From Gammaproteobacteria bacterium (GTDB lineage Bacteria > Pseudomonadota > Gammaproteobacteria > Steroidobacterales > JABDLF01), in assembly GCA_041609715.1 (NCBI GenBank), contig JBFIQI010000001.1, forward strand, positions 9,911 to 73,910: DNA of 64,000 nt, in the 5' to 3' direction. A model generated the notes under the pieces. That model did not search any database, had not been told where the DNA came from, and saw only the letters and a program-made list of their open reading frames with translations. This document shows positions 39,953 through 49,836 of this stretch, one piece after another. Within the stretch, counting starts at the first letter, position 1. The number at the start of each line of letters is the position of its first letter. Made by a program: the position numbers and the translations under genes.

Positions 39953-41179
39953 GTGGAATCGGAAAAGTTTGACCCCAGCACAACAGTTATCCTGAACCCT
40001 GAGGAGCTCAGGGTTGGCATGTATGTGTCTTATCTGGACCGCCCGTGGATCGAGACGGATTTTCCGTTTCGCGGCTTTCGCGTCGCCTCGGAAGAAGACC
40101 TCCAGCAATTGCGCGAGAGCTGCGAGTACGTTTTCGTCGACACGGAGCGCAGCGATGACCGAACAGGCTACCAGGAATATTTTGAAAAGAGAGCGCGGCA
40201 GACTGAGCAGGCGCCTGCCAGCGCCGAGCCCGGGGAAACCCAATACGAGGACGCGCACCCTACCGAGCAGGAGTTTCGCTCGGCGAAAACGGCCCATGCC
40301 GAGTTTCGCAGTGCGGTAATTCGTGCCTTCGAGCTGGCGCGCGCCGGCGACCTGAAAAACCTCTCTGATCTCAAGAAAGCCTCAGAGCCGCTGATCGCCA
40401 GCGTTGAGCGCATGCCGGATGCCTTGCTGTACCTGGTGCGCACCCAGGCGAGCGGCGACTACCTCTATCGCCATGCCGTGGCCTGCGCGGTTATGTGCGT
40501 TGCGCTGGGCCGTGAAATGGGGCTGCCCCGCGGGATGCTGGAAACGCTGGCCCTGGGCGGCGCCCTGCTGGATATCGGCAAAACCCGGACTCCCAGTGAT
40601 CTGCTGAATCGCACCAGCGCCCTGGCGCTGACTTCCGGAGAAATACACCAGCTGCGCCGCCACGTGGCTTACAGCCTGGAAATCATTTCCAAGGCCGACC
40701 CCGAAAACAGCCAGCTGCTGGAGCTGGTAGCGAATCACCACGAGCGCCACAACGGCTCGGGTTACCCCGGTGGACTGGCTGGCAACAGCATACCCTTGCT
40801 GGGGCGCGCGGCAGCGGTGGTAGACATGTTTGACGCTATGATCAGCGAGCGCAGTTATGGTCGTCGCGCCACGCCTTACGAGGCCATGCGTTATCTCAAG
40901 GGCCAGCGTGATGAAGATTTTGATGCCGGCATCATCAACAGCTTTGCCATGGCCTTTGGTTATTATCCCACGGGCTCCCTGGTGGAGCTGTCCGATGGCC
41001 GGGTGGGCTTTGTCATCCAGCAAAACCGCGAGGCACAGCTGCAACCGCGGGTTTATATCGTGATGGACGCCAAGGGCCAGCGGCCCCAGGAATTTCAGGT
41101 GGCAGACCTTGCCGATCGCTCCCTGAGCCTGATGGTCAAAAAATGCCTCAAGGCCGGTAGCTACGGCATCGAATTCTGA
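39953..41179 (+). CDS. HD-GYP domain c-di-GMP phosphodiesterase with an N-terminal DUF3391-like domain
   Basis: HHERHNGSGYPGGL (HD-GYP signature) and LLDIGK. GTG start with a ggag SD. Confidence 0.85.
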   Translation: MESEKFDPSTTVILNPEELRVGMYVSYLDRPWIETDFPFRGFRVASEEDLQQLRESCEYVFVDTERSDDRTGYQEYFEKRARQTEQAPASAEPGETQYEDAHPTEQEFRSAKTAHAEFRSAVIRAFELARAGDLKNLSDLKKASEPLIASVERMPDALLYLVRTQASGDYLYRHAVACAVMCVALGREMGLPRGMLETLALGGALLDIGKTRTPSDLLNRTSALALTSGEIHQLRRHVAYSLEIISKADPENSQLLELVANHHERHNGSGYPGGLAGNSIPLLGRAAAVVDMFDAMISERSYGRRATPYEAMRYLKGQRDEDFDAGIINSFAMAFGYYPTGSLVELSDGRVGFVIQQNREAQLQPRVYIVMDAKGQRPQEFQVADLADRSLSLMVKKCLKAGSYGIEF

Positions 41180-41197
41180 GCCGCATACCGCGGCCCC

Positions 41198-42379
41198 TTA
41201 GCCCAGGATGCTCTCACGCCCGTAAAGCCGGCCTGCCGTTATTGCCAGCAGGCCACCCAGCCCCAGGGTGCTGAGGGCGGAAATTGCGGCATGTGCCAGA
41301 TTCAATGCTTCGCCCTTCATGAGCTCGGTAATGAGCAGGTGCTGGCCCAGGCTGGGGACCAGCATCAGCACGGCGGTGGACTCCAGTGCGTACAAGCCGG
41401 CAAATACGATAGGCAGGGTTGGCACCAGCAGCACAAAAGACAAGTAGCTCTGGGCCTCCTTGTAACTGCGGGTAAAACTGGCGACCAGCGTCAGCAGGGA
41501 GGCGCCAAAAAACACAAATGGCAGCACCAGCAAAAAGGCCCGCAACACCACATCCCAGCCAAAATTTGCCGACATGTCGACTTGTTCCAGCGGAATGTAA
41601 GAAAGGCTGACCGCGAAGGCCAGCAGGGTCAGCAGCAACGACAGGGTCATAAAGGCACAGGTGGCCGCCAGTTTGCCGCCAAGCAAACTGGCCCGGGATA
41701 CCGGCAGCGTCAGCAGGGGCTCAAGGGATCCGCGCTCCCGCTCACCAGCCGTGGAGTCGATGGCAAGATAAAGCCCGCCCATGAGGGTGGCAAAGAACAA
41801 AAAGTAAGTCACCATGCCCAACACCAGCACCGACCGGGCGCTGGGCGTCGAAACATCAACCTCGCTGATCAGCACCGGCAGGGCCACCGACGGGTTGATG
41901 CCGCGGGCCTGCAGTCGCAACAGGGAAATGCGGGTCTGGTAGGACTCCAGTACCGAAGAAACCCGCAGCACGTCCTTGGCCGTATCGCGATCCGACTGGT
42001 CGGTCACAAGCTGCAGCAAGGCCGGCCGCCCCGCCTTGAACTGATCTGCGAAGCCGTCCGGGATGACCAGCACCATGGGCTGCTCGCCGCTGCTGACCAG
42101 TTGTCGCGCAGAAGCACCGGGCGAGAGCGGCTTCGGGTCCAGGTTGTTCTGGGCGAGAAAGCGCACCAGGTTGGGCGCGTTGTCGGCACCTGCAACGGGA
42201 ATCTCCAGGGCCTGCTCGGAATCAGAAATCGCCAGCTCCAGCGATATGCTCATGATGACGGCAAAGAATATGGGCCCAAACAGAGGGCCGAAAAAAAGCG
42301 CTGACAGCAGGGTGCGCCGATCTCGAAGGTTATCGTGGACCTCTTTGTTGAAGACCGTCATTAACCCGCCGCGCTTCAT
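41198..42379 (-). CDS. ABC-2 type transporter permease (NatB-like)
   Basis: 393 aa. TM1 is followed by a large extracytoplasmic loop and then about 5 TMs. The start overlaps the upstream ATPase stop (ATGA). Confidence 0.7.
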   Translation of the reverse strand: MKRGGLMTVFNKEVHDNLRDRRTLLSALFFGPLFGPIFFAVIMSISLELAISDSEQALEIPVAGADNAPNLVRFLAQNNLDPKPLSPGASARQLVSSGEQPMVLVIPDGFADQFKAGRPALLQLVTDQSDRDTAKDVLRVSSVLESYQTRISLLRLQARGINPSVALPVLISEVDVSTPSARSVLVLGMVTYFLFFATLMGGLYLAIDSTAGERERGSLEPLLTLPVSRASLLGGKLAATCAFMTLSLLLTLLAFAVSLSYIPLEQVDMSANFGWDVVLRAFLLVLPFVFFGASLLTLVASFTRSYKEAQSYLSFVLLVPTLPIVFAGLYALESTAVLMLVPSLGQHLLITELMKGEALNLAHAAISALSTLGLGGLLAITAGRLYGRESILG

Positions 42380-43107
42380 TCCAGGCCCTCACCGGTTCCG
42401 ATGGCCTGGACGAAAGCATCTTCAAGATTTTCCTCACCCGTTTCGGCGCGAATCTGGTCGGGGGTTCCGCTCGCCACCACCCGCCCGTTTGCGATGATCA
42501 CGATCTCGTCACACAGGGCGGCGACTTCCTGCATCACGTGGCTTGAAAAGAGCACGCAGCGGCCATCGTCGCGCAGCCTGCGGATCAGCGTGCGTAAGGA
42601 TCTTGTGGCCATCACGTCAAGACCATTGGTGGGCTCGTCAAGGAGAATATTGCGCGGCTCGTGCACCATGGCCCGGGCCAGGGCCACCTTGATGCGCTGC
42701 CCCTGGGAAAAGCCTTTGGCGCGGCGCCCTGCAAACTCGGAGATCTCCAGCATCTCTATGACCTGGTCGGTGCGGGCCGCCAGCGCCTTGCCGCTCAGAC
42801 CGTTCATGCGCCCGAAAAACTCGATGTTTTCCCGTGCCGAAAGGCGCGGATACAGGCCGGCATCATGGGGCAGCACGCCCATGCGCTTGCGCACGGCCAG
42901 CTCTTCATGAACCACATCATGGCCGTCGACGCGGGCGCTGCCACCGTCTGGCTTCATGAGCGTATAAAGGATTCGCAGCGTAGTGGATTTGCCGGCACCA
43001 TTGGGACCCAGCAGCCCGGTGATGCAGGCGTCCCGCGCCTCGAAAGAGACGCCCTTGAGGGCCTCAACCTTGCCGAAGGACTTGCGCAGGCCCTGTACTT
43101 CAATCAC
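42376..43107 (-). CDS. ABC transporter ATP-binding protein (NatA-like)
   Basis: Walker A GPNGAGKST, signature FSQGQRIK, Walker B ILLDEPTNGLD. Confidence 0.85.
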   Translation of the reverse strand: MIEVQGLRKSFGKVEALKGVSFEARDACITGLLGPNGAGKSTTLRILYTLMKPDGGSARVDGHDVVHEELAVRKRMGVLPHDAGLYPRLSARENIEFFGRMNGLSGKALAARTDQVIEMLEISEFAGRRAKGFSQGQRIKVALARAMVHEPRNILLDEPTNGLDVMATRSLRTLIRRLRDDGRCVLFSSHVMQEVAALCDEIVIIANGRVVASGTPDQIRAETGEENLEDAFVQAIGTGEGLE

Positions 43108-44585
43108 GGCTGGGGGCCAGCGAAAGAAGTAAAGAACGGCATGGGCTCGATGTTTTCCACGCAGGCTATGTCCAGGTCCCGAATTTCGGCCGCCTGCACA
43201 TATTCCGATATCAGCCGCGGCAGGCAGCCAACGGGCGCGAGTATATGGCCCATGTCCTTACCTACCAGGTGCAGATGGTTGGAGAGCGTGCGCGCGGCGC
43301 GCTCGGCATAATCCGGCGGCGTGACCGGATCAGCGCCCCCCGAGAGCAGCAGTACAGGCAACGCGGACACCACGGGGGACTTGAACCCCGGGTCTATTTT
43401 ACCTGCGGGCCAGACCGAGCAAATGTCCTGCAGCAAGCGCAGCTGGCTGGTGCCCAGGTAAGTATCCTGCAGCGTTCGGGGGTCGGTGTCGGCATCACTG
43501 TAAAACGGCACGTCCTCGGTGCAGACCACGGAATTATGCATGCCGAAGTTGAGGGCGCTGCTGAGGGCACTCTCGATCATCAGGGACTGGGCAGCCAGGG
43601 GTTCCAGGTGGGACCTGCTAATTGCTGCGTCGAGCAGCAGCGGCATGAGCGCAACGCTTTCCGGCGCGTAGCTCAGCAAGCGGATTGTGATGGCAAAGCG
43701 GTCATAGTCAAAGCTAAGGTCGCGCAATTGGCCCGAAAGGGGATCGGTGAGCCGCAGCTTGCGCTCTTCCCGCAGCAGTTCGGCCGCCAGCTCCTCAAAC
43801 TGCCCTTGCATGTCCGGAAAAGTCGACTGGCATGCCGCGTTGACGGCGCAGCGTTCGAACACTTTGTTCAGCGCTCTCTGGGCACTCAATGCGATGCCCG
43901 GCCCCAGGTTGATATCCGCAGGCACCACACCGTCGAGAATCAGGCTGCGCACCCGTTGCGGGTACTTGCGCAGGTAATGCAGTCCGACACGCGTGCCGTA
44001 GCTGCCGCCGTAAATGTTGAGCTGCTCGTAGCCCAGGGCGGCACGCACCCTGTCGAGATCATCGACGGCGATGCTGGTGGTATAGAGCCGGGGGTCAGTC
44101 TGCAGGCCATCCAGGCATTCCTGCACCGAGCGTAACACCGCGTCCCCGGCAGGTTTTCCGCCGATCAATGGCTCATCCTGAGGGCAGTCAAGGGCAGCGG
44201 ATTTGCCGGTGCCGCGCTGGTCCACCAACAAAATATCGCGGTCGCGTCGCACGCCCTCAAAGGCGTGCTGCAGGTCTACGAAAGCAGAGCTTGCTGCCTG
44301 CCCCGGACCGCCGGCCAGAAAAGTGAACGCATCGTCCGGCGGCTCTTCAGTCTGTGCCGGCACCAGGGCAACGAATAACTCGATGCTGCGACCATCGGTC
44401 GCGTCGGGGTTTTCCGGCACCCGGAAATAACCGCACCGGGCAGACATTGCGGAGTAACCTCCGGCGCCAATAATCTCGCAGTCGTCGAGTTGCAGCGTAT
44501 CGGCGCCGCTCGCAGGCGGGGACTGCAGCAGCAAGACCCACAGCAAAGCAAGCGACCACCAGCAATTGTGGGGATGGTCCGGCAT
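43104..44585 (-). CDS. Secreted alpha/beta hydrolase (S33/TAP-like C-terminal domain)
   Basis: Signal peptide ...LLWVLLLQSPPASGA, nucleophile elbow GGSYGT, and a proline-iminopeptidase/TAP-like layout. The stop overlaps the ATPase start (ATGA). Confidence 0.75.
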   Translation of the reverse strand: MPDHPHNCWWSLALLWVLLLQSPPASGADTLQLDDCEIIGAGGYSAMSARCGYFRVPENPDATDGRSIELFVALVPAQTEEPPDDAFTFLAGGPGQAASSAFVDLQHAFEGVRRDRDILLVDQRGTGKSAALDCPQDEPLIGGKPAGDAVLRSVQECLDGLQTDPRLYTTSIAVDDLDRVRAALGYEQLNIYGGSYGTRVGLHYLRKYPQRVRSLILDGVVPADINLGPGIALSAQRALNKVFERCAVNAACQSTFPDMQGQFEELAAELLREERKLRLTDPLSGQLRDLSFDYDRFAITIRLLSYAPESVALMPLLLDAAISRSHLEPLAAQSLMIESALSSALNFGMHNSVVCTEDVPFYSDADTDPRTLQDTYLGTSQLRLLQDICSVWPAGKIDPGFKSPVVSALPVLLLSGGADPVTPPDYAERAARTLSNHLHLVGKDMGHILAPVGCLPRLISEYVQAAEIRDLDIACVENIEPMPFFTSFAGPQP

Positions 44586-44625
44586 GGGTTAGCCATCATA
44601 GAGAGGGGCGCTGCCCCGGGCAATG

Positions 44626-44650
44626 AAAAAGGCCGCCCGGAGGCGGCCTT
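44626..44650 (-). terminator. Rho-independent terminator after the DUF4332 gene
   Basis: The minus strand reads AAGGCCGCC-TCCG-GGCGGCC-TTTTTCATT: a 7-9 bp GC stem, a 4-nt loop and a T5 run, 22 nt after the stop at 44672. Confidence 0.65.
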
Positions 44651-44671
44651 GTTTGATATTTCAGCCTGGTA

Positions 44672-45079
44672 TCAGTGTTTGACCATCGGTGCCAGGATCT
44701 TGGCCTGTGCGACCCAGCCGGCTACTACCTTTGCGCTTGGCACATTACGAACCAGGCGCTTGGCCTTGTTGATATCAGCCATGGCTGCAGCCAGGTTGTC
44801 GGCGTTACGGTTGCGCAGTTCCTTCACCGTGTCCACTCCGGCACATTCCAACAGCTCGGCGTACTGGCTTGCGACGCCTTTCACGCGAAACAGGTCGGCA
44901 TGATTTACCCACTTCAGAATGTTGCTTTCGCTGAGGCCGGTCTTCTCGGCAATCTTTTTGCGGCCCTGCTTGGTGCAGCCCATGTCCAGAAGGTGCCCCA
45001 CGCTACGGCATCCAGCCGCCCGCAACTTGGCCCCGTATGCCGGGCCCACACCCTCGATATCTTCAATTTTCTTCGCCAT
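44672..45079 (-). CDS. DUF4332 (helix-hairpin-helix-like) domain protein
   Basis: 135 aa; IEDIEGVGPAYGAKLRAAG and LFRVKGVASQYAELLECAGVDTVKEL repeats. The family name is from memory. Confidence 0.6.
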   Translation of the reverse strand: MAKKIEDIEGVGPAYGAKLRAAGCRSVGHLLDMGCTKQGRKKIAEKTGLSESNILKWVNHADLFRVKGVASQYAELLECAGVDTVKELRNRNADNLAAAMADINKAKRLVRNVPSAKVVAGWVAQAKILAPMVKH

Positions 45080-45286
45080 TATCTTGCTCCCGCTATCTTT
45101 GGTCTGTTGGAGTCAGTAAAAGACGGCCGGATTTTACGCATTAAATGCCCGAATTTCATGGTGGGGATTGCAAAACATTGTAGCTTGCGGGTTCCCACCA
45201 GGCGCACACAGGCACTGATCGTGCTGGTTATTGTTTCGCCAGCTGAATAAAATACCGCCACCTTTTTCCGGCAGTATTTACAGTGT

Positions 45287-47212
45287 ATGCGAGATTCAGC
45301 CCGATTTGACGTTATCGTCATCGGTGGCGGCCATGCCGGCACCGAGGCTGCGCTGGCGGCTGCCCGGCTGGGTGCCCGGACGCTATTGCTTACGCAAAAT
45401 ATCGAGACCATCGGGCAAATGAGCTGCAACCCTGCCATTGGCGGCATCGGCAAGGGCCACCTGGTACGCGAAATCGATGCGCTGGGCGGCATCATGGCCC
45501 GGGCGGCTGATGCCGCGGGCATCCAGTTTCGCACCCTCAACGCGCGCAAAGGCGCGGCCGTGCGCGCCACCCGGGCTCAGGCAGACCGCTCGCTTTATCG
45601 CAGCGCGGTGCGACGCCTGGTGGAAGCCCAGCCGGGACTCAGCCTGTTCCAGGGGGCGGCGGACGATCTCGTCATCGAGGGCACCAGGCTGCGGGGCGTC
45701 AAGACCTCCGGGGGCCTGGTATTCCAGGCGCCCGCCGTGGTCCTGACCGTGGGGACGTTCCTGGGCGGGCGCATCCATGTCGGCGAAGAAAATTCACCGG
45801 GAGGCCGCGCCGGCGACCCGCCTGCCAACCGGCTCGCACGCCGAATGCGGGAACTGCCGTTTCGCGTCCGTCGACTGAAAACCGGCACGCCGCCGCGCAT
45901 CGACGGCCGCAGCGTTAACTTCAGCAAACTGGCAGAGCAGCCAGGCGATGATCCGCGGCCGGTGTTTTCTTTCGTGGGGCATCCGGGACAACATCCGCGC
46001 CAGGTGCCTTGTCATATCACCCATACCAACGAGCAAACCCACGAAATCATCCGTGCGGCCCTGCATCGTTCTCCCATGTATTCAGGCGCCATCGACGGCG
46101 TCGGACCGCGTTACTGTCCTTCCGTCGAAGACAAAGTAGTCCGTTTTGCCGACAAGATCTCGCACCAGATTTTCGTGGAGCCGGAAGGTCTTCACAGCCG
46201 CGAACTTTATCCCAATGGCATCTCCACCAGCTTGCCATTTGAAGTGCAGCTTGAGTTTGTGCGCAGCATCAGGGGTTTTGAAACAGCCCACATTACCCGC
46301 CCCGGCTACGCCATCGAATACGATTTCTTCGATCCCCGCGACCTGCGCTATTCGCTGGAGACGCGAGCCATCAGCGGGCTGTATTTCGCCGGCCAGATCA
46401 ATGGCACCACGGGTTACGAAGAAGCCGCAGCCCAGGGCTTGCTGGCCGGTACCAACGCGGCCCTCGCGGTCCAGGACAAAGCGCCCTGGTGGCCGCGCCG
46501 CGACGAGGCGTACCTGGGCGTCCTGATAGACGACCTGATATCCCGGGGAACCAGCGAGCCTTACCGGATGTTCACCAGCCGCGCCGAATACCGCCTGAGT
46601 TTGCGAGAGGACAACGCGGACCTGCGGCTGACACCGGTGGGTCGCCAACTCGGCTTGGTAGACGAACACCGCTGGCGGATATTTGCGGCGCGTCGCGATG
46701 CCGTGTCGGCGGAAACGCAGCGCCTCGCCAGTCTTGTGGTGCGGCCCAAAGACGTGCCGGCGGACCTTGCCGGCGCCGTGTTTGGTGGCGGGCTTTCCCG
46801 GGAAAGCAGTGCCCTGGAGCTGCTCAAGCGCCCCGGTGTCGACTACGCGAGTGTTGCGAGTATTCCCCGGGTGGGGCCCTTGATCCCTCCCGAAGGCATC
46901 GAGGCGCCGCTGCTGGAAACGGTGTGTCGCTCCGTCGAACGCCAGGTGGAAATCGAAGCGCGTTACGCGGGTTATATAGATCGCCAGCGCGAAGAAATTG
47001 ATCGCAATCGTCGCAACGAAGACATGCTGCTCCCGCCCGACATCGATTACGAAACCGTGCGCGGCCTCTCCAGCGAGGTTTGCCAGAAACTGGATGAGCG
47101 TCGCCCGGAAACCCTGGGGCAGGCTGCGCGCATTCCCGGCATTACACCGGCGGCGATTTCCTTGCTGCTGGTGCACCTGAAAAAACGCCAGCCGCGACGC
47201 AGAGCATCCTGA
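45287..47212 (+). CDS. mnmG: tRNA uridine 5-carboxymethylaminomethyl modification enzyme MnmG (GidA)
   Basis: [63 protein letters not shown]. Confidence 0.95.
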   Translation: MRDSARFDVIVIGGGHAGTEAALAAARLGARTLLLTQNIETIGQMSCNPAIGGIGKGHLVREIDALGGIMARAADAAGIQFRTLNARKGAAVRATRAQADRSLYRSAVRRLVEAQPGLSLFQGAADDLVIEGTRLRGVKTSGGLVFQAPAVVLTVGTFLGGRIHVGEENSPGGRAGDPPANRLARRMRELPFRVRRLKTGTPPRIDGRSVNFSKLAEQPGDDPRPVFSFVGHPGQHPRQVPCHITHTNEQTHEIIRAALHRSPMYSGAIDGVGPRYCPSVEDKVVRFADKISHQIFVEPEGLHSRELYPNGISTSLPFEVQLEFVRSIRGFETAHITRPGYAIEYDFFDPRDLRYSLETRAISGLYFAGQINGTTGYEEAAAQGLLAGTNAALAVQDKAPWWPRRDEAYLGVLIDDLISRGTSEPYRMFTSRAEYRLSLREDNADLRLTPVGRQLGLVDEHRWRIFAARRDAVSAETQRLASLVVRPKDVPADLAGAVFGGGLSRESSALELLKRPGVDYASVASIPRVGPLIPPEGIEAPLLETVCRSVERQVEIEARYAGYIDRQREEIDRNRRNEDMLLPPDIDYETVRGLSSEVCQKLDERRPETLGQAARIPGITPAAISLLLVHLKKRQPRRRAS

Positions 47213-47235
47213 ACATTCGTTCCTCAATTGTTTGC

Positions 47236-48843
47236 TTGCTTGTCTGCATGGTGCAGCTGGCCGCTTGCGGGAAGAACCCACAGCCGCCCGCCAGCGCAGG
47301 CCCGCAAGCCGGCACTGCCGGCGAGGGCAAGGTGTTTCGCCGCGGGAATGGTGGCGACCCTGACTCGCTGGATCCGCATCGCTCCGAGGGCACTGGCTCC
47401 GCAGAGATCCTGCGCGACCTGTTCGAGGGCCTGGTGGGCGAAACGGTAAGCGCCGAGCTGCGCCCCGCAGGCGCGCAGCGCTGGGACATCAGCAATGATG
47501 GGCTGACTTATACCTTCTACCTGCATCGCGACTCGCGCTGGTCCAACGGCGACCCGGTGGTGGCAGAGGACTTCGCGTTCGGTCTGCGCCGCAGCGTCAC
47601 GCCGGCCACGGCCTCGTCCTATTCCCAGCTCCTCAAGCCCATCGAAAACGCGGCTGCAGTCATTGCCGGCGAATTGCCGCCCAGCGCCCTGGGGGTTGCG
47701 GCCCTGGACGACCATACCCTGCGGATCCGGCTGGCCAGTCCGACGCCGTATTTTCTTGGGCTGCTCACGCACGCATCCGCCTATCCGGTGCACCGCGCCA
47801 GCCTGGAGGCGCATGGCGACAAGTTCACGCGCCCGGGCAATCTGGTAAGCAACGGGCCGTACAGGCTGGACGAGTTCGTCGCACAGTCCCACGTAAAGAT
47901 TGTCAAGAACCCCCACTATCGGGAGCGCCAGCACGTCGCCATCGATACCGTGTATTACTACAACACGGAAGATCGCAATGCCGAGCTCAAGCGTTATCGT
48001 GCAGACGAGCTGGACTACACCTTTGTCATTCCTACCACGCAGCTTGGCTGGATACGGGAAAACCTCGGGGATGAGCTGAAATCCGCCCCTTACCTAAGCG
48101 TCTATTACTACATTCTGAATCTCTCCAAACCGCCATTCGAAGACCAGCCGAAGCTGCGCCAGGCGCTCAGCATGGCCATCGACCGCAAGGTGCTGGTGGA
48201 AAAGGTGACCGGTACCCGCGAGGTTCCCGCTTATGGCTTCGTTCCGCCGGGCGTGGCGGGGCATGAATCGCAAAGCTACGCATGGTCCGGGCTGGAGGAT
48301 TCCCAGCGTATTGCCATGGCACAGGCGCTGTACACCGAGTCCGGGTACTCACGCGACCAGCCGCTCAGAACCGAGATTCGCTACAACACCTCAGAGAATC
48401 ACAAGAAGATTGCGGTGGCCATCGCCGCCATGTGGAAACAGGTGCTCGGGGTGGAGGCAACGCTGGTTAACGAAGAGTGGAAAGTGTTCCTGCAAACCCG
48501 CAAGAATCGCGAGGCCTGGGAGGTCTTTCGTTTCAGCTGGGTTGGTGATTACAACGACGCCAACACCTTTTTGGAAATCATGCATTCAGAGCATGGCCAG
48601 AATGACGCGGCCTACGCAAACCCCCGCTACGATCGGCTGCTGGACGCGGCGGCCGTGGAAACCGACATGCGGGCGCGCAGCGCCCTGCTGGGCGAAGCGG
48701 AGCGCGTCCTGCTGGGGGATTATCCCGTGATCCCGCTTTATTTCCCGGTCAGCAAACACCTGGTCAAACCCTGGGTAAAGGGTTACGTGCCCAATGTGAT
48801 GAACCGCGACCAGTCACGGTACTACCGCATAGAAAAGAACTGA
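47236..48843 (+). CDS. oppA: Peptide ABC transporter substrate-binding lipoprotein (OppA-like, SBP family 5)
   Basis: Lipobox LAAC; GGDPDSLDPHRSEGTGSAEILRDLFEGLV resembles OppA. The start is uncertain: the listed TTG leaves only 10 residues before the lipobox Cys. Confidence 0.8.
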   Translation: MLVCMVQLAACGKNPQPPASAGPQAGTAGEGKVFRRGNGGDPDSLDPHRSEGTGSAEILRDLFEGLVGETVSAELRPAGAQRWDISNDGLTYTFYLHRDSRWSNGDPVVAEDFAFGLRRSVTPATASSYSQLLKPIENAAAVIAGELPPSALGVAALDDHTLRIRLASPTPYFLGLLTHASAYPVHRASLEAHGDKFTRPGNLVSNGPYRLDEFVAQSHVKIVKNPHYRERQHVAIDTVYYYNTEDRNAELKRYRADELDYTFVIPTTQLGWIRENLGDELKSAPYLSVYYYILNLSKPPFEDQPKLRQALSMAIDRKVLVEKVTGTREVPAYGFVPPGVAGHESQSYAWSGLEDSQRIAMAQALYTESGYSRDQPLRTEIRYNTSENHKKIAVAIAAMWKQVLGVEATLVNEEWKVFLQTRKNREAWEVFRFSWVGDYNDANTFLEIMHSEHGQNDAAYANPRYDRLLDAAAVETDMRARSALLGEAERVLLGDYPVIPLYFPVSKHLVKPWVKGYVPNVMNRDQSRYYRIEKN

Positions 48844-48906
48844 CCCTTTCCGGGCGGGGTGCGGTGTTATGATCGCGCACGCCATGATTACTGGAAATAC
48901 GCGGCC

Positions 48907-49836
48907 GTGCTGAGCTATTCCTTGCGCAGGGCGCTGGGCGCAATTCCCACCTTGTTGCTGCTGTTGGCGCTGACCTTCGTACTGGTACGCGTTGCACCAG
49001 GCGGGCCCTTCGACACCGAACGCAACCTGCCGCCGGAAATCGAAGCCAACCTGGAGCGCGCCTATCATCTCCACGAATCGCTGCCGCGGCAGTTTTTGCG
49101 CTACCTCGGAAATCTGCTGCAGGGAGATTTCGGTCCGTCGTTTCAGTACCGGGATTACACGGTCGGCGAACTCATCGCTGCCGGTTTTCCCGTGTCACTT
49201 AGCCTGGGCGCCAGCGCCATGCTGCTGGCCCTGTTGCTGGGCGTCTTCATCGGTGTAATTGCCGCGCTTCGGCAAAACAGTCTGGCAGATCACGGGGCCA
49301 TGGCCCTGGCGATGACCGGCATATCGGTGCCCAACTTTGTCATGGCGCCGCTATTGATTCTGGTCTTCGGCGTGTACCTGGGATGGCTGCCTGCCGGCGG
49401 GCTTGGCGGCAGCAGCCTGCACCTGACCAACATGATATTGCCGGTTGTCACTCTGGCTTTGCCGCAAATTGCATATATCGCCCGCCTGACCCGCGGCAGC
49501 ATGATCGAAGTGCTGCACAGCGACTTCATACGGACGGCCCGCGCCAAGGGTCTGCCACTGCGTCAACTGGTATTGCGCCACGCCCTGAAGCCGGCACTGC
49601 TGCCGGTGGTTTCCTACCTCGGACCAGCGACGGCAGGCATCATCACCGGATCGGTGGTGATTGAGCAGATTTTCGGGTTGCCCGGCCTGGGCCGTTATTT
49701 TGTGCAGGGAGCGCTCAATCGCGACTACACACTCGTCATGGGCGTGGTGGTGTTTTTTGGTGTGCTGATCATTCTCTTCAACTTGCTGGTAGATCTCGTG
49801 TATGCGGTGCTGGATCCGCGGGTGCGGCACAAATGA
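48907..49836 (+). CDS. oppB: Peptide ABC transporter permease (OppB-like)
   Basis: LSYSLRRALGAIPTLLLLLALTFVLVRVAPGGPF is the typical N-terminus, followed by the FIRTARAKGL EAA loop. The GTG at 48907 is preferred to the listed 48859. Confidence 0.85.
   Translation: MLSYSLRRALGAIPTLLLLLALTFVLVRVAPGGPFDTERNLPPEIEANLERAYHLHESLPRQFLRYLGNLLQGDFGPSFQYRDYTVGELIAAGFPVSLSLGASAMLLALLLGVFIGVIAALRQNSLADHGAMALAMTGISVPNFVMAPLLILVFGVYLGWLPAGGLGGSSLHLTNMILPVVTLALPQIAYIARLTRGSMIEVLHSDFIRTARAKGLPLRQLVLRHALKPALLPVVSYLGPATAGIITGSVVIEQIFGLPGLGRYFVQGALNRDYTLVMGVVVFFGVLIILFNLLVDLVYAVLDPRVRHK

Noticed and set aside
45080-45286. Possible E. coli-type oriC next to mnmG (gidA).
   Set aside because: I found no TTATCCACA/TGTGGATAA boxes or pronounced AT-rich tract in this spacer.
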